Shown here: positions 50,526-62,287 of the stretch, in pieces
Layout of the letters: every line of letters starts with the position of its first letter
How positions within the stretch are numbered: position 1 is the stretch's first letter
Source: Asterias rubens
Lineage: Eukaryota
Length of the DNA stretch: 64,000 nt
Direction of reading: 5' to 3'
Assembly (NCBI RefSeq): GCF_902459465.1
Contig: NC_047070.1
Span: 18,600,001-18,664,000, forward strand
The notes under the pieces: generated by a model
Seen by the model: the letters and a program-made list of their open reading frames with translations, nothing else
The model's database searches: none
Told to the model about the DNA's origin: nothing
Position numbers and translations under genes: made by a program

Positions 50526-53500
50526 ATAACCCATTTAATATTAGTCTGGCTTTAATCGAAATTGTGTATAACTTTTAGAATGCGAAAAAAAAGGTTACGG
50601 CAACATTTAAAACAGCAAAGACGTACTTGAAGACATTGGACATGTTTTATAATTACTCAAACCAAGCCTAACAAGATACTTGGTATGTGATAGGCAAAGG
50701 AGAGCAATCGATAAAACACTGTGGTTAACGACTCCCTCCTTAAAATGTTTGAATCTGAGAAAGACATTAGGTCTGAAGATGAAGGCACGCAAATGCAACA
50801 ATGGTGTTTGTTTGTACATTTTTATAGGATTAAAACAATCGAAATGGTAAAGGCAAAATAAAATACTAACAAAATAAACAAAAACGGAAGTTGGAAGTTG
50901 GAACGACCCGTGGTATATAGGCAAACATAAAAGCTAAACAATGTATCAGGTCGCCCCATGCATAGGGGAGGCCGTCCATCATTCGACAAAGCAACATCGA
51001 TTGCAAAATCCCCGAGGTAAAAAATGCATATATTATATAGCATCACTTGTAACTCAACAATATTGCATTAAACTAAATACAAACGAGTTTTATATCATAA
51101 CGTACACTTAATGCATAAGCAATAGTTTTTCAAATTTATGTCGTCGATCTTATGTTACTTCTTTGTGATAGCATTTCTAAATCAATAGTTTCCCCACCAC
51201 CAACAAATCCTATAAAACATCTCCACAACTCTAACGTTGGGCCTCGACTACTCTTTCGACTTTCCCTTACGCCTTGATGCAAAAAAATGCACCTCTGCGT
51301 TGTTATCAAAGTTGGACATTTCGGTTGCCATTTTGCCCAAATCAAGCAATCATTTTCAGAATAAAGCATTGTTTAATTCGATTGAAAAACGTGCTCTCAG
51401 TTTTGTTTTTCTGCGTCTTTTATACCTTTTTTTAAACAAGAAGTTGGACACTTTGATTGACATTTCTTTGAGTACAAGGACTGAGGATGGTCATTGGGCT
51501 TTGGTACACATTTCAGGGTACATTTAAAAGCAAATTGCAAATTTGTAAATGAAGAATATCATGGCTGTCTTTTAAAATTTTCCAAAAGACTAAGATTTTC
51601 CACGGTGGAAGTGACGTTTGCGAAATCAGTCTTTCGGTCACCTTGGGTATGAGTTAACCTTTGCCTTGTAATTGGTGACAAGCTGTTAATTGGCTTCACC
51701 AATAACTTTGAACACGTACACATTCAGTCCGGTGTTTCAAACAGGTGGACAGTGCCTATATAGCCAGAGCCGTAGAGGAGCCAAAGCCTATAATAACAAT
51801 ACGCGGCACATAGGGGCCTAGGCCTAATAGGGGACGAGTTAGGTACGAGTTGCAAGAATATTTTAACAAGAAGAATTATTTGTGCGTTTGCAACTTGACT
51901 GAGTATGAGTTGACGCATTGTATTAATTACACTATGACCCTAAGAGGTGAGAGCAAAGCAACTTAACCAGACCCAATGCGACCCTGTGGCTAAATTGAGT
52001 AAATTACAGCCAAACTGTCAATACCATCTACATTTTTATCCTGGGAAATGTTCCCCCAAGGGCAAATAAATCCACAATTGAATCTACACAGTTTACTGAA
52101 CACCTTCTTCAAACGAAAGTATTTCTACAAATGGCAATTTGTATGGAGGATTAAATGACGCAGGTCCCCTGGACAACTTGGACATATTCTAAAGTATTCC
52201 CATCACGCTCACCGTCATTAAACCACAAGAATGTAAAGCTGTTGGTTTATCACTTTTTCATGGTAAGGCTACCGGGAATTTTCTGACCATTCATTGTTGT
52301 CTATCAAGGTCACTAGTGATCTAGAAATACTAATAATATGATTTGGCACACACGCCCAAAAATAATAAGAATTTCAAATTTAAAAAGATACGCGTGATTG
52401 GTCAGTGATAATAATGGCATATTTTAGTGATTGGTCTCGGGTTTACGTTGTGGTCAAAGTAGCCCCACCCACCCTATATCCGGTTGCCGAAAAGACTTGT
52501 TTTTCAAAACACGAAAAATACAGTTATTGCCAAATTGTTCTAAATTTTCAACAGAAATACAAGAGCTGACCATCTGATGATGATGATGTCATGATCAAAA
52601 TAACAATGATGTAACTGCGGAGTGATTTTTTTCTACGGAGCTGTTTTCTACGGACCAACAATGAACAATATTATAGTGATTAGATAGACTGCTTTGTTTT
52701 CTCACAAAGTGAGTACCCCAATTTACCCTTGGACAGGGTTAAACAAAATATACATCTGTTTGTCATGTTTTAGTTCTAATTACTCGGTCTTGCATGTACA
52801 ACGTGTTATTTTGATATCAGTAGAAACATAGTTTTCTTTCAGAGTTTATAATCACTTACACAAACGGTTTATAGAGGCTCGCTCGCACAGTAATTTAATT
52901 AAAATCATGAGAAAGGAATTTACATAATTAATAATATCAAATGAATTATTCTTAACTTAGCAAAAAAGCACGTACTCGGCCATGTACAACGCTTATACAA
53001 ATAGTTGTATAGGCCCTACTTCAGTTTTCTCTTTTGTGGGCAGGGAGTGTAAGTCAGTTGACTGAATGGATTTAGCACCAACAAAAATATGCGAGGAGTT
53101 GAAAAGCTAAATCTGTAATCACAACATGTTTCATTTTACGGTAGATTCAAGAAAATGTACATTCCATTTACTTCTTTTGTAAAGAGATGTATATAGGGGG
53201 CTGGGCGATGTCGTTATATCCGTTCTTAGTCCAGTTATTTAGTTCCTGACTTGGCGAGAAATGCTGACCTCAACAAGTGGGATGGTTGTATTCCCAAAAC
53301 ACCATTATGTTGACTAAAGTGTCATTAGATTGAGTTTGTTCTGTTATAACAGATGTAAAAATTCTAAAGAAACATGTCACACAACGACAATGTCAGCTAC
53401 AAACGAATCGATGCAAAACGAAAACAGCAAAATGAGAGAGCGACACGGTCAAAGTCATACCTGCATTCCAATCGAATTCCTCTTTTTGTATAGTTTCAAA

Positions 53501-55683
53501 AGTATTATAATCGCTACCCGACATTTTGCGAATACCTAGCGGGCAAAATAAACACCTTGTCTTAACAATTGAATGAGAATAATTCGTCAAGATTACATTT
53601 TTCGCTCAAATGCTTAGACAGTTTATTTTTGCAGGCAATGAAGTGTACAGCCATGACAGATAATGGCTATAATAAATTGCCATCTTTTTGATGCAACATT
53701 TGGTTCAGTGACTATTGTGTGTAATCTGCGGAAGTTTCAGAATGGTTCAGTTCAGGTTTGAGTTGAGAGCTTACAAATAAAAAACAAATAATAACAATAA
53801 ATAGGAAATTGTGTTGTCAATCTTACTCCATAATGGGCTTCGAAGGCCACATAAAAAAAATGAAGTTTTGGTTCAAACAACTAAGACGTCGAAGTAGATA
53901 CGAAACGTCGCAAATAGCTGGCCAAGCCATGGCAACCTTCCTTAAAATATGAACAGTTTCTTATCAGCAAAAGACTAAAACTGAAAACCAGGGCCAGAAT
54001 TGTCAACATGTGACGAGCCTGTTAAAAAAGGCAATAAACGAACATCAATTCGCATTCTCTGCCAATTCAGATCATATTAAGTCTAAGTAATACTTGTCAA
54101 CAACGGCTGTATCTGATACGATATCTGTAATGGCAATTTTGTATTATGTTAAATGATTTTCTTTAATTAAAAAATAAACTTTAAAGAGGCAAATGTATAT
54201 GTGGCTAAGATAGTCCTTGGTTATTTCACGACTCCTCTTCTTCGCGTCTCCAATTCAAACAATGGAACATTCAAATAATTTGGGGCTTCAGTATTTAAAG
54301 CCTGTAACCCTGTCTTGAAAGCAGGCATAACTATTTCAACGAATATTTTTAATGACGGTTTATTTTTTTATGTGTAATATCACCCCAACGAAGATGATAA
54401 ACAAAATTTACTAAACAAAACAGTTTTTCTTTGAGAAGGATCAATGTTGCAATATTACTTTAAATATAATCCAGACACGGCATGACATCGTGAAGGCATG
54501 CCCGGCTGTGCATCGGTCAAGGTTACGGTGTAGTGAAAGCGGTTGGAATCCCAACACCACGACTCACTAATCACTTCCAAAAGAAATATTGTTGTTGTTG
54601 AACTAGTGGATACCTGTTGACACCAGTCTGGTATATTGTTTGTCCACAAATTTATTAATATAAAAAATGAAAGGATACAGTGCGTACAATACTTCTTTTC
54701 AATTAATAAACGAAATCAGGCGAGTGCTCATCATTCGTGTTAAATTTGACAACTTTGACGAGTTGGACACTTTACTATACCTATAAGCATCGCAACTAAA
54801 CGTATTCATAGTACGCCACTCTATAAACCTGTGTGACATCCTAGTCAGGGCCAAACTCCCTCCAGGTACAGGCCAAACACCCCTTCAGAAATACAGGGTT
54901 GTCAGAACTGTATATATATATGGCACTCGCTCTTCTTACAACATAAAGACTGACTCTCAATATGGCACATGGTAGTCTATCTTGTAAAAGAAATGCGGAC
55001 TGCAATATTAAATGGGAGAGGCTAAATCCAAACTATGTATACATTCATAATATTGTCTCGATTTGGCGACACCTTGAGGGCAATTTAATAGTTTAATTTC
55101 GCAGCTCGACCACATTTAGCCCCCACCCATTTTCTTTTTAAATGTAAAGAGTCTAGAGGGTTTCGCTCAGATGATTTTTATGATAACTTGAGTGTTTGAC
55201 ACCAACAATTTAAACTCAAGCCAATCCACCAATAGCGGGTTGTCAGTTTGATTGATTGATTACTACTGTGATTGAATGTATCAGGTGGGCTCCTACGTCA
55301 CTACATGATGGATGCATAATTAATTAGGTTAAGGTCGAGTCAGTCTCCGCACCCGTCTTTTTAAACTTGAATGACTTCATTACACAAAATACGAGGTTGA
55401 GGTCGATATACTCCGGGTCCCACTCGTCCCCTTGGAACTATGTTGCAAATAACAAATTGCACTAAACTGAATTTGGTGTAAACAAAACAACAAAACAATG
55501 CATAAAAATAAACTGTACTGGGATGGTCTCCTGTCGAAATGTGACAGCATCAGATGTTCAGGCTAGGTTTGTATGACGTGCTCGACAAGGATTGGCCAAC
55601 AGAACACCCTGACTTCTTTGTAAGGGCGCCTTGCTCAAACTGCGTCATGTGAATACGGTCAGCGGTTTAAGTTTTAAGTGTCA

Positions 55684-55697
55684 GTATTTATAAATAC
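55684..55697. promoter_or_regulatory. Palindromic TATA element just upstream of the signal-peptide exon
   Basis: GTATTTATAAATAC is a perfect 14-bp palindrome about 30 nt before the exon start at 55725; reverse CCAAT (ATTGG) at about 55591. Confidence 0.4.
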
Positions 55698-55764
55698 TCT
55701 TGGTTTTTTCTCTTTCCAATACAGATTTACACGCGCTGCCCGAAGTGACGACGTGACTAACGCC

Positions 55765-55819
55765 ATGAAGATACAACTTGTCATTGTGTTTGCGGTCGTC
55801 GCAATCACACAAAGTGCAC
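55765..55819 (+). CDS. Secreted EGF-repeat protein, coding exon 1 (signal peptide)
   Basis: GCCATG; MKIQLVIVFAVVAITQSA; donor GTGAGT, phase 1; acceptor at 55724. Confidence 0.85.
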
Positions 55820-56029
55820 GTGAGTTGAAATCTATCTTCACTGTTGGCGAAGAAGTGAAGTTTTTGAAAGTTAAACAAAAAACCTTTCTATAATAACAAT
55901 GACGCAGACTATTGGTGAAGTTACAACAAACCCTTAGAAAGGTTAACTTAATCACTGCATTTATAGCCAATAGCCAAATGGAGATAAGACAATGAAGAAA
56001 ATTTAAATTTCAGAAGAGAATTATTCCAG

Positions 56030-56145
56030 AAAAAAAAACCACGCAATCAGGTAGGGTCTGAAAACACAATCCACGCAAATTCGAACCGTGGTCCTAGAAG
56101 CAGAAGGTGGTAAAAGATACTACAACGTCAACCAGACCTCCCGAG
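56030..56145 (-). mobile_element. tRNA-derived SINE (family 3) fragment, intronic
   Basis: CAGGTAGGGTCTGAAAAC..AATCCAC...TTCGAACC, similar to 8520-8660. Confidence 0.55.
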
Positions 56146-56222
56146 TTTAAAACTTTCCAACTTAACTCCATTTTCCGTCTTGCATATTTAATTAATAATT
56201 GTTTATCTTGATTGCAATCCAG

Positions 56223-56339
56223 CATCCAACCCTTGTGATCCTAACCCGTGTGGTCGTGGATCGTGCTTCCGATCAGTAGACGGTACTGGTTATGCTTGTA
56301 ACTGTGAGGAAGGATTTTCCGGAGACACTTGTCAGTTCG
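56223..56339 (+). CDS. EGF-repeat protein, coding exon 2 (EGF1)
   Basis: CAG/GTAAGC, 117 nt, phase 1-1; SNPCDPNPCGRGSCFRSVDGTGYACNCEEGFSGDTCQF. Confidence 0.92.
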
Positions 56340-56955
56340 GTAAGCTACAAAAGCTTTTGGTTATAGCATGGAGGTTCTTTTTTCTACCTCCATGGTTATA
56401 GTAGGTATTCCGATTGGCCACAAAACGCTACACATGTTTTACACACGCCAGTGAGAAATAAAGAGGGCAAAAATTTAAATAGAATAAAATAATAACAAGA
56501 AAAACTTAAAGTGTTTCTTTGTTGCTGGATTCTAGATGTCTTCAGCATTTGATATGTTTAGTACTTTGTTGATATGTTGGTGAGAGGGCTTCAGGAGTCA
56601 TTTGCCGAAAAATGGCATTTCTGTTGCGATAGTCATTTTCGCATAGATTGACTAAACTATGATGTTTCCAATACTACCGCCATTCGTCCAATCAAACTTA
56701 TTTGCCTACTGGGGAACCAGTCACTAGTACATTTGTGTTTTTCTGAGGTTATTGCTATGTACATACAATTAATCTAATCATCCATGGAATTGATTTGTGA
56801 AACGTTGAGTAAAAGGGACGCTATATGCTTGTCTGTCAAGAACTCTACGACACAAACAAAGAGGTAAGTTTCTGCTGCTGTGAAAGAATAATTTAACTAA
56901 TACTTAAAAAAAAACAGCCCTCGCCATTTTTCTACGTTCTTTTTCTTTTTGGCAG

Positions 56956-57072
56956 GTCCATGTGACTCCAATCCATGTGTATCGGGAATATGTTTAACCT
57001 CGTCAATACGGAACAGTTACGCTTGCTTGTGTCCAGCGAATAGAGAGGGTACAAACTGCGAAATCGTTATAA
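56956..57072 (+). CDS. EGF-repeat protein, coding exon 3 (EGF2)
   Basis: CAG/GTAAGT, 117 nt; PCDSNPCVSGICLTSSIRNSYACLCPANREGTNCEIVI. Confidence 0.92.
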
Positions 57073-57616
57073 GTAAGTTATAAGATGAAAAAACACAAAT
57101 CTATTTTACATATATTAGCCTGTGCCTATTAACTTTAGATGCCTGGTTGAATTTTAGTGTAGTGTTGGGCTAAGTAATACCACTTGACATCGTGCCTATG
57201 TAAAGCACGGATCTACATGTTCTTAGATGCAGTCTAATTTTGGTCTGGGCTACATTGAGGTACAAGACTCCGACTTTTCTGGTCTAAGGTAAAAAGTAAG
57301 AGCTTTCAAAATGAGGGGCAACACTTTGGTTATATTTAGGGCCAGACTGCGATAATAGAACATGTATTTAGGGTTATATTGAGGTCCGGTCAATATTTGG
57401 GAATAAGACGTTCTCACAGAAAAGAAAACAAAAATGCGTAAAGCAGTTATTTTGAAAAACTTTGTCTTAAGTTTCTGTTAAGGAATGAACAACTTGATAC
57501 TTCGGGGAACAAACAAATAATTTCAGGAGAAAACAAGCACAACGTTTTTGAGCTCGTCCTCTCATTACTATTATTGGCAGTTAACCAATTCAGAAACAAT
57601 ATTCTTCTTCTTACAG

Positions 57617-57739
57617 ATGCATGCGATAGTAACCCATGTCAGAATGGTGGAATGTGTTTGTCTTCTAGTACTGACACAATGCGGTACATCTGCAGCTGTA
57701 CCTCGGGCCACACTGGAACACACTGCGAGAGCGACCCAG
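57617..57739 (+). CDS. EGF-repeat protein, coding exon 4 (EGF3)
   Basis: CAG/GTAAAG, 123 nt; ACDSNPCQNGGMCLSSSTDTMRYICSCTSGHTGTHCESDP. Confidence 0.92.
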
Positions 57740-58248
57740 GTAAAGAAACGAAGTGCCTGTGTGGCAGGAGATTCTGTGTGTCCCCCCTTCTACGGCAAAC
57801 TGTGTACAAACATCTTCTGATAGCGCCCTCTTTTGAATCCTCCTCCTCCAACCAATTTTAATTTCCCATATATGGGGGACCGACTCTCCGACGGAAAGAT
57901 TTCCCTGTGACCCCGGGATTGACGGTCTGACCATCGTCGACCCGTAGTTGTTTTATAGTTCCATTTCATTTTTGTTGGTGTTCAATCCAAACAAGTAAAA
58001 GAGTCTGTGTGTTCGATTTTCAATTACAGATCCGTCTTGTTTTGTGGCTTTTCTCTTGAACGGAATTCTATTGCAATAATATAACTAAATTTCCATATGT
58101 CCATTTGCCTATGCCCCACTGGCCACCATAATATGGCACAACTTTCTATTATCGTTGCCCCAAAAGACCACAACATTTTGTCACTCGCACCAAATTCAAA
58201 ATTCAAAATTCTAACACATCTGTTTTTGTTTCTTCATTATTTTTGCAG

Positions 58249-58365
58249 CTGCACCTTGTGACAGTTCTCCGTGCCTAAATGGCGGGGCGTGTACCCCAGC
58301 GATTAACGGTGGATACCTTTGCACATGCGCCGCTCAATTCGCCGGCCCACAATGCCAACAAGCAA
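58249..58365 (+). CDS. EGF-repeat protein, coding exon 5 (EGF4)
   Basis: CAG/GTAAGA, 117 nt; APCDSSPCLNGGACTPAINGGYLCTCAAQFAGPQCQQA. Confidence 0.92.
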
Positions 58366-58495
58366 GTAAGAGCTCGTCTGTCTTTAACTGTTCAATATCA
58401 TATGCTGTTTTCATACTTTACAATATATTTATAATTTATTCAAGCTAAGTTTCTCACATCTGTTGGGTGGGGAAACATATTCCAATGAAGGCCGC

Positions 58496-58650
58496 CTGTA
58501 CAAACATATGTGGATGTCCAACATCCAATATCCAAGTGTCAAGGTAGACATTCACTGTACAAACCTGATGTTAATGTCCAATGTCCAATATCTTAAACGC
58601 AACATCGATATTCGCTGTACAAACATAATAAAGTGAATGTCCAATATCAA
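58496..58650. repeat. Degenerate intronic minisatellite, ~60-bp period
   Basis: CTGTACAAAC at 58496, 58555, 58615, each followed by ATGTCCAA...CCAATATC. Confidence 0.75.
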
Positions 58651-58729
58651 ACTAACTTTACTGCCAAGGTTTTTTACCAATCACTAACAATCTCTAATCA
58701 TCCGCTTTTGATTATTTTTGTTTTAATAG

Positions 58730-58849
58730 TGTCATGTGCGTTCGATCCCTGTAAAAATGGAGGGTCTTGCTACCTTAACTATAATGATGGCGTCAATTAC
58801 ATGTGCAAGTGTCCAGACAATTATAAGGGGAAGGATTGCAGCAAACCAG
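58730..58849 (+). CDS. EGF-repeat protein, coding exon 6 (EGF5)
   Basis: TAG/GTAAGC, 120 nt; SCAFDPCKNGGSCYLNYNDGVNYMCKCPDNYKGKDCSKP. Confidence 0.92.
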
Positions 58850-59022
58850 GTAAGCTTTCCTGACTTCAAGGTCTAAAAAGGTGCTACTAGGGCAAGTGTT
58901 AAATGTTGTTTTATTTCGAGCAATTGTCAGTTCGCATTCTAATCTTTGATCGAGTACAATTTGTTGGTAAATTGTTTGGTCATGATTGTGTTTAAATATC
59001 AAGTTTACGTATTGATTTGCAG

Positions 59023-59133
59023 ATCCCTGTTCAAGCAACCCGTGCGCGGGCAACAGTGTGTGTTTGACTGAAGATGACGGTACATATTCCTGCCTGTGCC
59101 GATGTGGAACTGACGGTTCGTGTAGTAATACTG
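59023..59133 (+). CDS. EGF-repeat protein, coding exon 7 (EGF6, seven Cys)
   Basis: CAG/GTAAGT, 111 nt; PCSSNPCAGNSVCLTEDDGTYSCLCRCGTDGSCSNT. Confidence 0.9.
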
Positions 59134-59371
59134 GTAAGTAATATGCAACCTCTGTATCTGACAAAATGTTTAACAGGTGACTTCATTTGGGGCTTCTCCA
59201 CCAAGCATAGGCTAGTAATAGGCTTTAGGCCCTGCCTCTGGCTTTGGCTCACAAGTATTGGGCTCATCATTGTGCATAGTGTTCTGACACACCAAACGGA
59301 GCCCGATCAGCAGAACTGGAGTCCGAGTTGGAACAAGCTCTATACTTTTAAGCATTTTGTGTTAGATATAT

Positions 59372-59418
59372 CAATGTGAGACTTTGTAACGCTAGGTGGC
59401 AGCATTATACCAGGTGAA
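59372..59418. mobile_element. Half-copy of the 13043-13196 MITE, intronic
   Basis: GAGACTTT..AACGCTAGGTGGCAGCA..ATACC.GGT matches the reverse complement of the right arm at 13145-13190. Confidence 0.6.
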
Positions 59419-59489
59419 CTGCCAATAGAATAATATAGTGCTACAAATTGATCAACCTTTAAGCATCATGTTTCCCTTGCTCTTTGCAG

Positions 59490-60826
59490 ATAATGGAGAA
59501 GATGGAGGTACTCGCACAAATGTGGACAGCTCGACTCCGTCCGACACTACCACCCATGCTAATGGTCCAGACACGTTCAGCACCTCGTTCATGTGTTCTG
59601 AAACAACTGACCTTGTTGGCTGCCGTTTCGTATTCACTGAAATGAACAAGTGTAATAATCGCGGCTGTTGCTCCTCGGATGCTCGTGGGGGAGCAAAATG
59701 CAGTTGCTCGGATGGGTACGGTGGCAATCAATGCCAGTATGATTGTGCTAGCAGTCCAATTGGGTGCAGTTCATCAGACAGCAACGCTGAGAACGAGAAT
59801 GGAGGAACCGGAGGAACTGGTGGTGGTGTCAAATCACAAGTTGAGCCCTTCGTCTGCCTGGATGTATTGGCACCGTCCCCCAACTTACCATGCCTCCGCG
59901 TAGCAGAGGAGACAAACAACTGTAGCAGTCATGGTTGTTGCTCAATTGACTCGGACGGTGATGCTAGATGCAGGTGTAGCGGCGTCTATGGGGGTCCCCA
60001 CTGCCAGTTCAACTGCGCCCTTCATCCAGAAGATTGTGGTTCAGCCAATGGAGCCGGGGGAAGTGGTACTGATGGTGGTGTCATACCACAAGTTGAACCC
60101 TTCGTCTGTCTGGACGTATTGGCACCGTCCCCCAACTTAGCATGCCTCCGTGTTGGGTCTGAGACAAACAACTGTAGCAGTCATGGTTGTTGCTCAATTG
60201 ACTCGAACGGTGATGCTAGATGCAGGTGTAGCGGCGTCTATGGGGGTCCCCACTGCCAGTTCAACTGCGCCCTTCATCCAGAAGATTGTGGTTCAGCCAA
60301 TGGAGCCGGGGGAAGTGGTACTGATGGTGGTGTCATACCACAAGTTGAACCCTTCGTCTGTCTGGACGTATTGGCACCGTCCCCCAACTTAGCATGCCTC
60401 CGTGTTGGGTCTGAGACAAACAACTGTAGCAGTCATGGTTGTTGCTCAATTGACTCGGACGGTGATGCTAGATGCAGGTGTAGCGGCGTCTATGGGGGTC
60501 CCCACTGCCAGTTCAACTGCGCCCTTCATCCAGAAGATTGTGGTTCAGCCAATGGAGCCGGGGGAAGTGGTACTGATGGTGGTGTCATACCACAAGTTGT
60601 ACCCTTCGTCTGTCTGGACGTATTGGCACCGTCCCCCAACTTAGCATGCCTCCGTGTTGGGTCTGAGACAAACAACTGTAGCAGTCATGGTTGTTGCTCA
60701 ATTGACTCGGACGGTGATGCTAGATGCAGGTGTAGCGGCGTCTTTGGGGGTCCCAAATGCCAGTTCGACTGCGCCCTTCGTCCAGAAGACTGTGGTACCG
60801 CTAGTGGAACTCAAGCAAACCAATAA
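59490..60826 (+). CDS. EGF-repeat protein, terminal exon: Ser/Thr/Gly/Asp-rich linker plus five 10-Cys extended-EGF modules
   Basis: Acceptor TTCCCTTGCTCTTTGCAG, phase 1, open to TAA (then TAG). Summed CDS is 2097 nt = 698 aa + stop. Confidence 0.93.
59840..60800 (+). repeat. Coding tandem repeat, four 252-bp (84-aa) units
   Basis: Units start at 59840, 60092, 60344, 60596; units 2 and 3 differ at one base by my comparison. Confidence 0.95.
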
Positions 60827-61076
60827 TAGGCAAACACCGTGTCAAAGTTGGTAATCATCAGCTGTCCATATTCTCCATATAAACCACAAATTAATACTCA
60901 TAGCTTAATGAGTTGTGCATAATGTACTGACGTCATAGCATGAGCTTCACCTCAGCCATTGTTGCAATCACCTAAAACTTTTAAACTGGGCGTTTCTTAA
61001 TGATATCGGTTCTTTCCTTGATCTCAAATGACGTGTCTTTCGTCGGTTACGAAGGTGCACACACATAATTGTCAAT

Positions 61077-61082
61077 AATAAA
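61077..61082 (+). terminator. Candidate polyadenylation signal of the EGF gene
   Basis: First AATAAA after the stop, about 250 nt downstream. Confidence 0.5.
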
Positions 61083-61302
61083 AACATGATAATATATTGT
61101 ATATCCAATGTAGTATTGTTTATCAGTGAAAAGAAAACATGAAATAATACAAGTCATTGGTTTAAGAGATTTCCATACTGAAATACAAATACTGTCTTAT
61201 CCAAAGCAAGTCATAACTGTCAACAAACTTCAAAATCATCTGCAGTTTTTGTGAACTCTGTTTCTTGGAGTCTGATTATAGTCACACTTCACATATTTTT
61301 AT

Positions 61303-61325
61303 CATTATTATTATTATTATTATTA
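61303..61325. repeat. (TTA)n microsatellite
   Basis: About 7 tandem TTA units. Confidence 0.9.
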
Positions 61326-62287
61326 CACTTATACCTGACTAGAATTAAAACAAAATCAGGACTCAAGTTAATAATTTTCACCAAATTCTGAATTAAAATT
61401 ATCTGAAATTCTTAATTTTTCTTTTCGTTACTCCCCTGCCTGGAATAAGACTCGGGTAAACCATCGGGCTCGTTTTGTATCCGTTTGGGTGTTCTTTAGT
61501 TGGATAATGAAATTTGCATTTTGTGATGACAATTGTGATATGATATCGGTAAGGCATTTATATATGAATTTTGTTGATTTTGATCTCGCACAAAGCCTTT
61601 TTCGGAAATGATCTATTTTAAGTTTTGTTTTACTTTATTTGTTCTTGTTGATTTACTGATATTGTTAATTTGGTAAGATTTTTTTTTTTTTAAGAAAAAC
61701 CTCTAATTTTATAGGGTCATTTTGAAACAGCAGCTTTTGTTCATTGTATTAACTATTGTGCATGAAAACGACAATCAAATTATTGCCAATCAATAGAATA
61801 CCTTCAAATCTTCGGAGTGGGTGCTTTGTGCTATAAAAGCGTTGGGTATGAAATTTGATTGGAACAATTTTTAAAAGTAGAATAAAACGATTAACACAAA
61901 TATCACTCGAAATGGTGTGGTTTTCCTTAAACTTTGGTCGCCATTTGGTAAAACTGGTTCCAATCGCTAGCACTTTCCTTTTGAATCATGAAAAGTTGCT
62001 CAAGCGTTGCCATGACAACAAAACATTTACATAAACATTTCTTTACTAACTAAATATTTCAAACTGATCAAAACAATTGTTTCAAAAGTGTCAATCTGTC
62101 CAATCTGCAAAGTATTGTTATTTCACATTTCTAAGTACGTTTCTAAAAGAAAACGGAAAAAGCCCTTGCAAAACACAAAATAATCATGTAATACTTTGAA
62201 ACAATTGTAATAAATTGTACGATGAAAATAACTGGGTATATATCGTTATTTTTGTTTGTTTATTCAACTAAAAATGGTATTGAACTC

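Noticed and set aside
53880-53912. Third hammerhead (CTAAGACG...CGAAACGTCG)
   Set aside because: CUGANGA core missing and stems I and II do not form convincingly.
59438-59489. Track start (MLQIDQPLS...) for the 462-aa ORF
   Set aside because: This stretch is the intron's pyrimidine tract; the exon starts at 59490 after the CAG acceptor.
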